NCBI GenBank assembly: GCA_965644295.1
Contig: CBFFRP010000038.1
Span: forward strand, 1 to 7,992
DNA: 7,992 nt
Direction of reading: 5' to 3'
Source of the DNA: Paraphysomonas bandaiensis
Taxonomy: Eukaryota; Protista; Chrysophyceae
Both the position numbers and the translations under genes were made by a program. The notes under the pieces are model-generated. The model did not search any database. It was not told where the DNA came from and saw only the letters and a program-made list of their open reading frames with translations. Positions 7,454 to 7,992 of this stretch are shown in pieces. The number at the start of each line of letters is the position of its first letter. Positions within the stretch are counted from its first letter, which is position 1.

Positions 7454-7992
7454 TCTTCTTTTGCTTGATTCAATACTATAGTATCTTGCTAGCTCAGTTA
7501 TAAAATTAAGATACGCCTAAAGATTTTGTGTGAAGAATTTAGCCGATAACACTTAACATTAAATATATAAATGACATGCTGTCAATGCTGAGTGTAGCAA
7601 TCGAACTGTTACTGAACAATTTGTTAATATATGTACTTCTTACAATTCTAGATCGTATCTACAATATAATCTACTGAAGTTCAGGATAGCTCCAATATGT
7701 AACGTAAATGTTGCACGACTTGCCCTGTATGATCTGAGCAACATTCTCATATAAGTTGTAAGTAGACATTGAATTTTTCTGATAGGGTTCTATTATTATT
7801 GTTGGTTGCTTTATTGAATGTACTGAGAACTGAATAATCCTTGTCGTTCTGTGCATGGTATATTTAGCTATGAAATTGTGTTTTGTCTTTTGACACCGAA
7901 TAAGCTAATAGCTACGAGATCTCTTACAGTTTAGTCAACACACAAGGGCATTGACATCTACTACCTTTAGTAGTTGTAATGTTGACCCTGTA

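Noticed and set aside
7671-7830. Cystatin-like hints (FNKATN, QIIQG, YWSYP)
   Set aside because: The motifs fall in different frames, their spacing is wrong, and QxVxG and PW are not properly matched.
1-7992. Alternative genetic code explaining the internal stops
   Set aside because: TAG, TAA and TGA each terminate genes here at homology-consistent positions, and the long exons are otherwise stop-free.

Overview
This is eukaryotic, gene-dense DNA with short, uniform GT-AG introns of about 43-59 nt. The gene content and intron style suggest a protist, possibly a stramenopile; that assignment is inference. From left to right it contains: (1) the 3' part of an actin-related protein 10 (Arp10/ACTR10) gene (+); (2) an intact 4-exon secreted potato-inhibitor-I-family protease inhibitor (-); (3) head-to-head with it, a 6-exon GH30 glucosylceramidase-like gene (+) with an N-terminal membrane anchor, a ricin-B-like insert and a single in-frame TGA at 4403-4405; (4) a decayed, intron-containing ORF remnant at about 5642-6059; (5) the 3' half of a TRM13 tRNA methyltransferase gene (-) fused back-to-back at about 6743/6745 with (6) the 3' half of a CDF/ZnT zinc transporter gene (+). 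The last two genes both lack their 5' halves. The main oddity is the density of lesions: a splice-phase break and a possibly dead donor in Arp10, an internal stop in GH30, a pseudogene, and a double-truncation junction. This points to a rearranged, decaying duplicate segment or to an amplification/assembly chimera. I found no support for a new multi-gene system, RNA gene, CRISPR array or intact mobile element.
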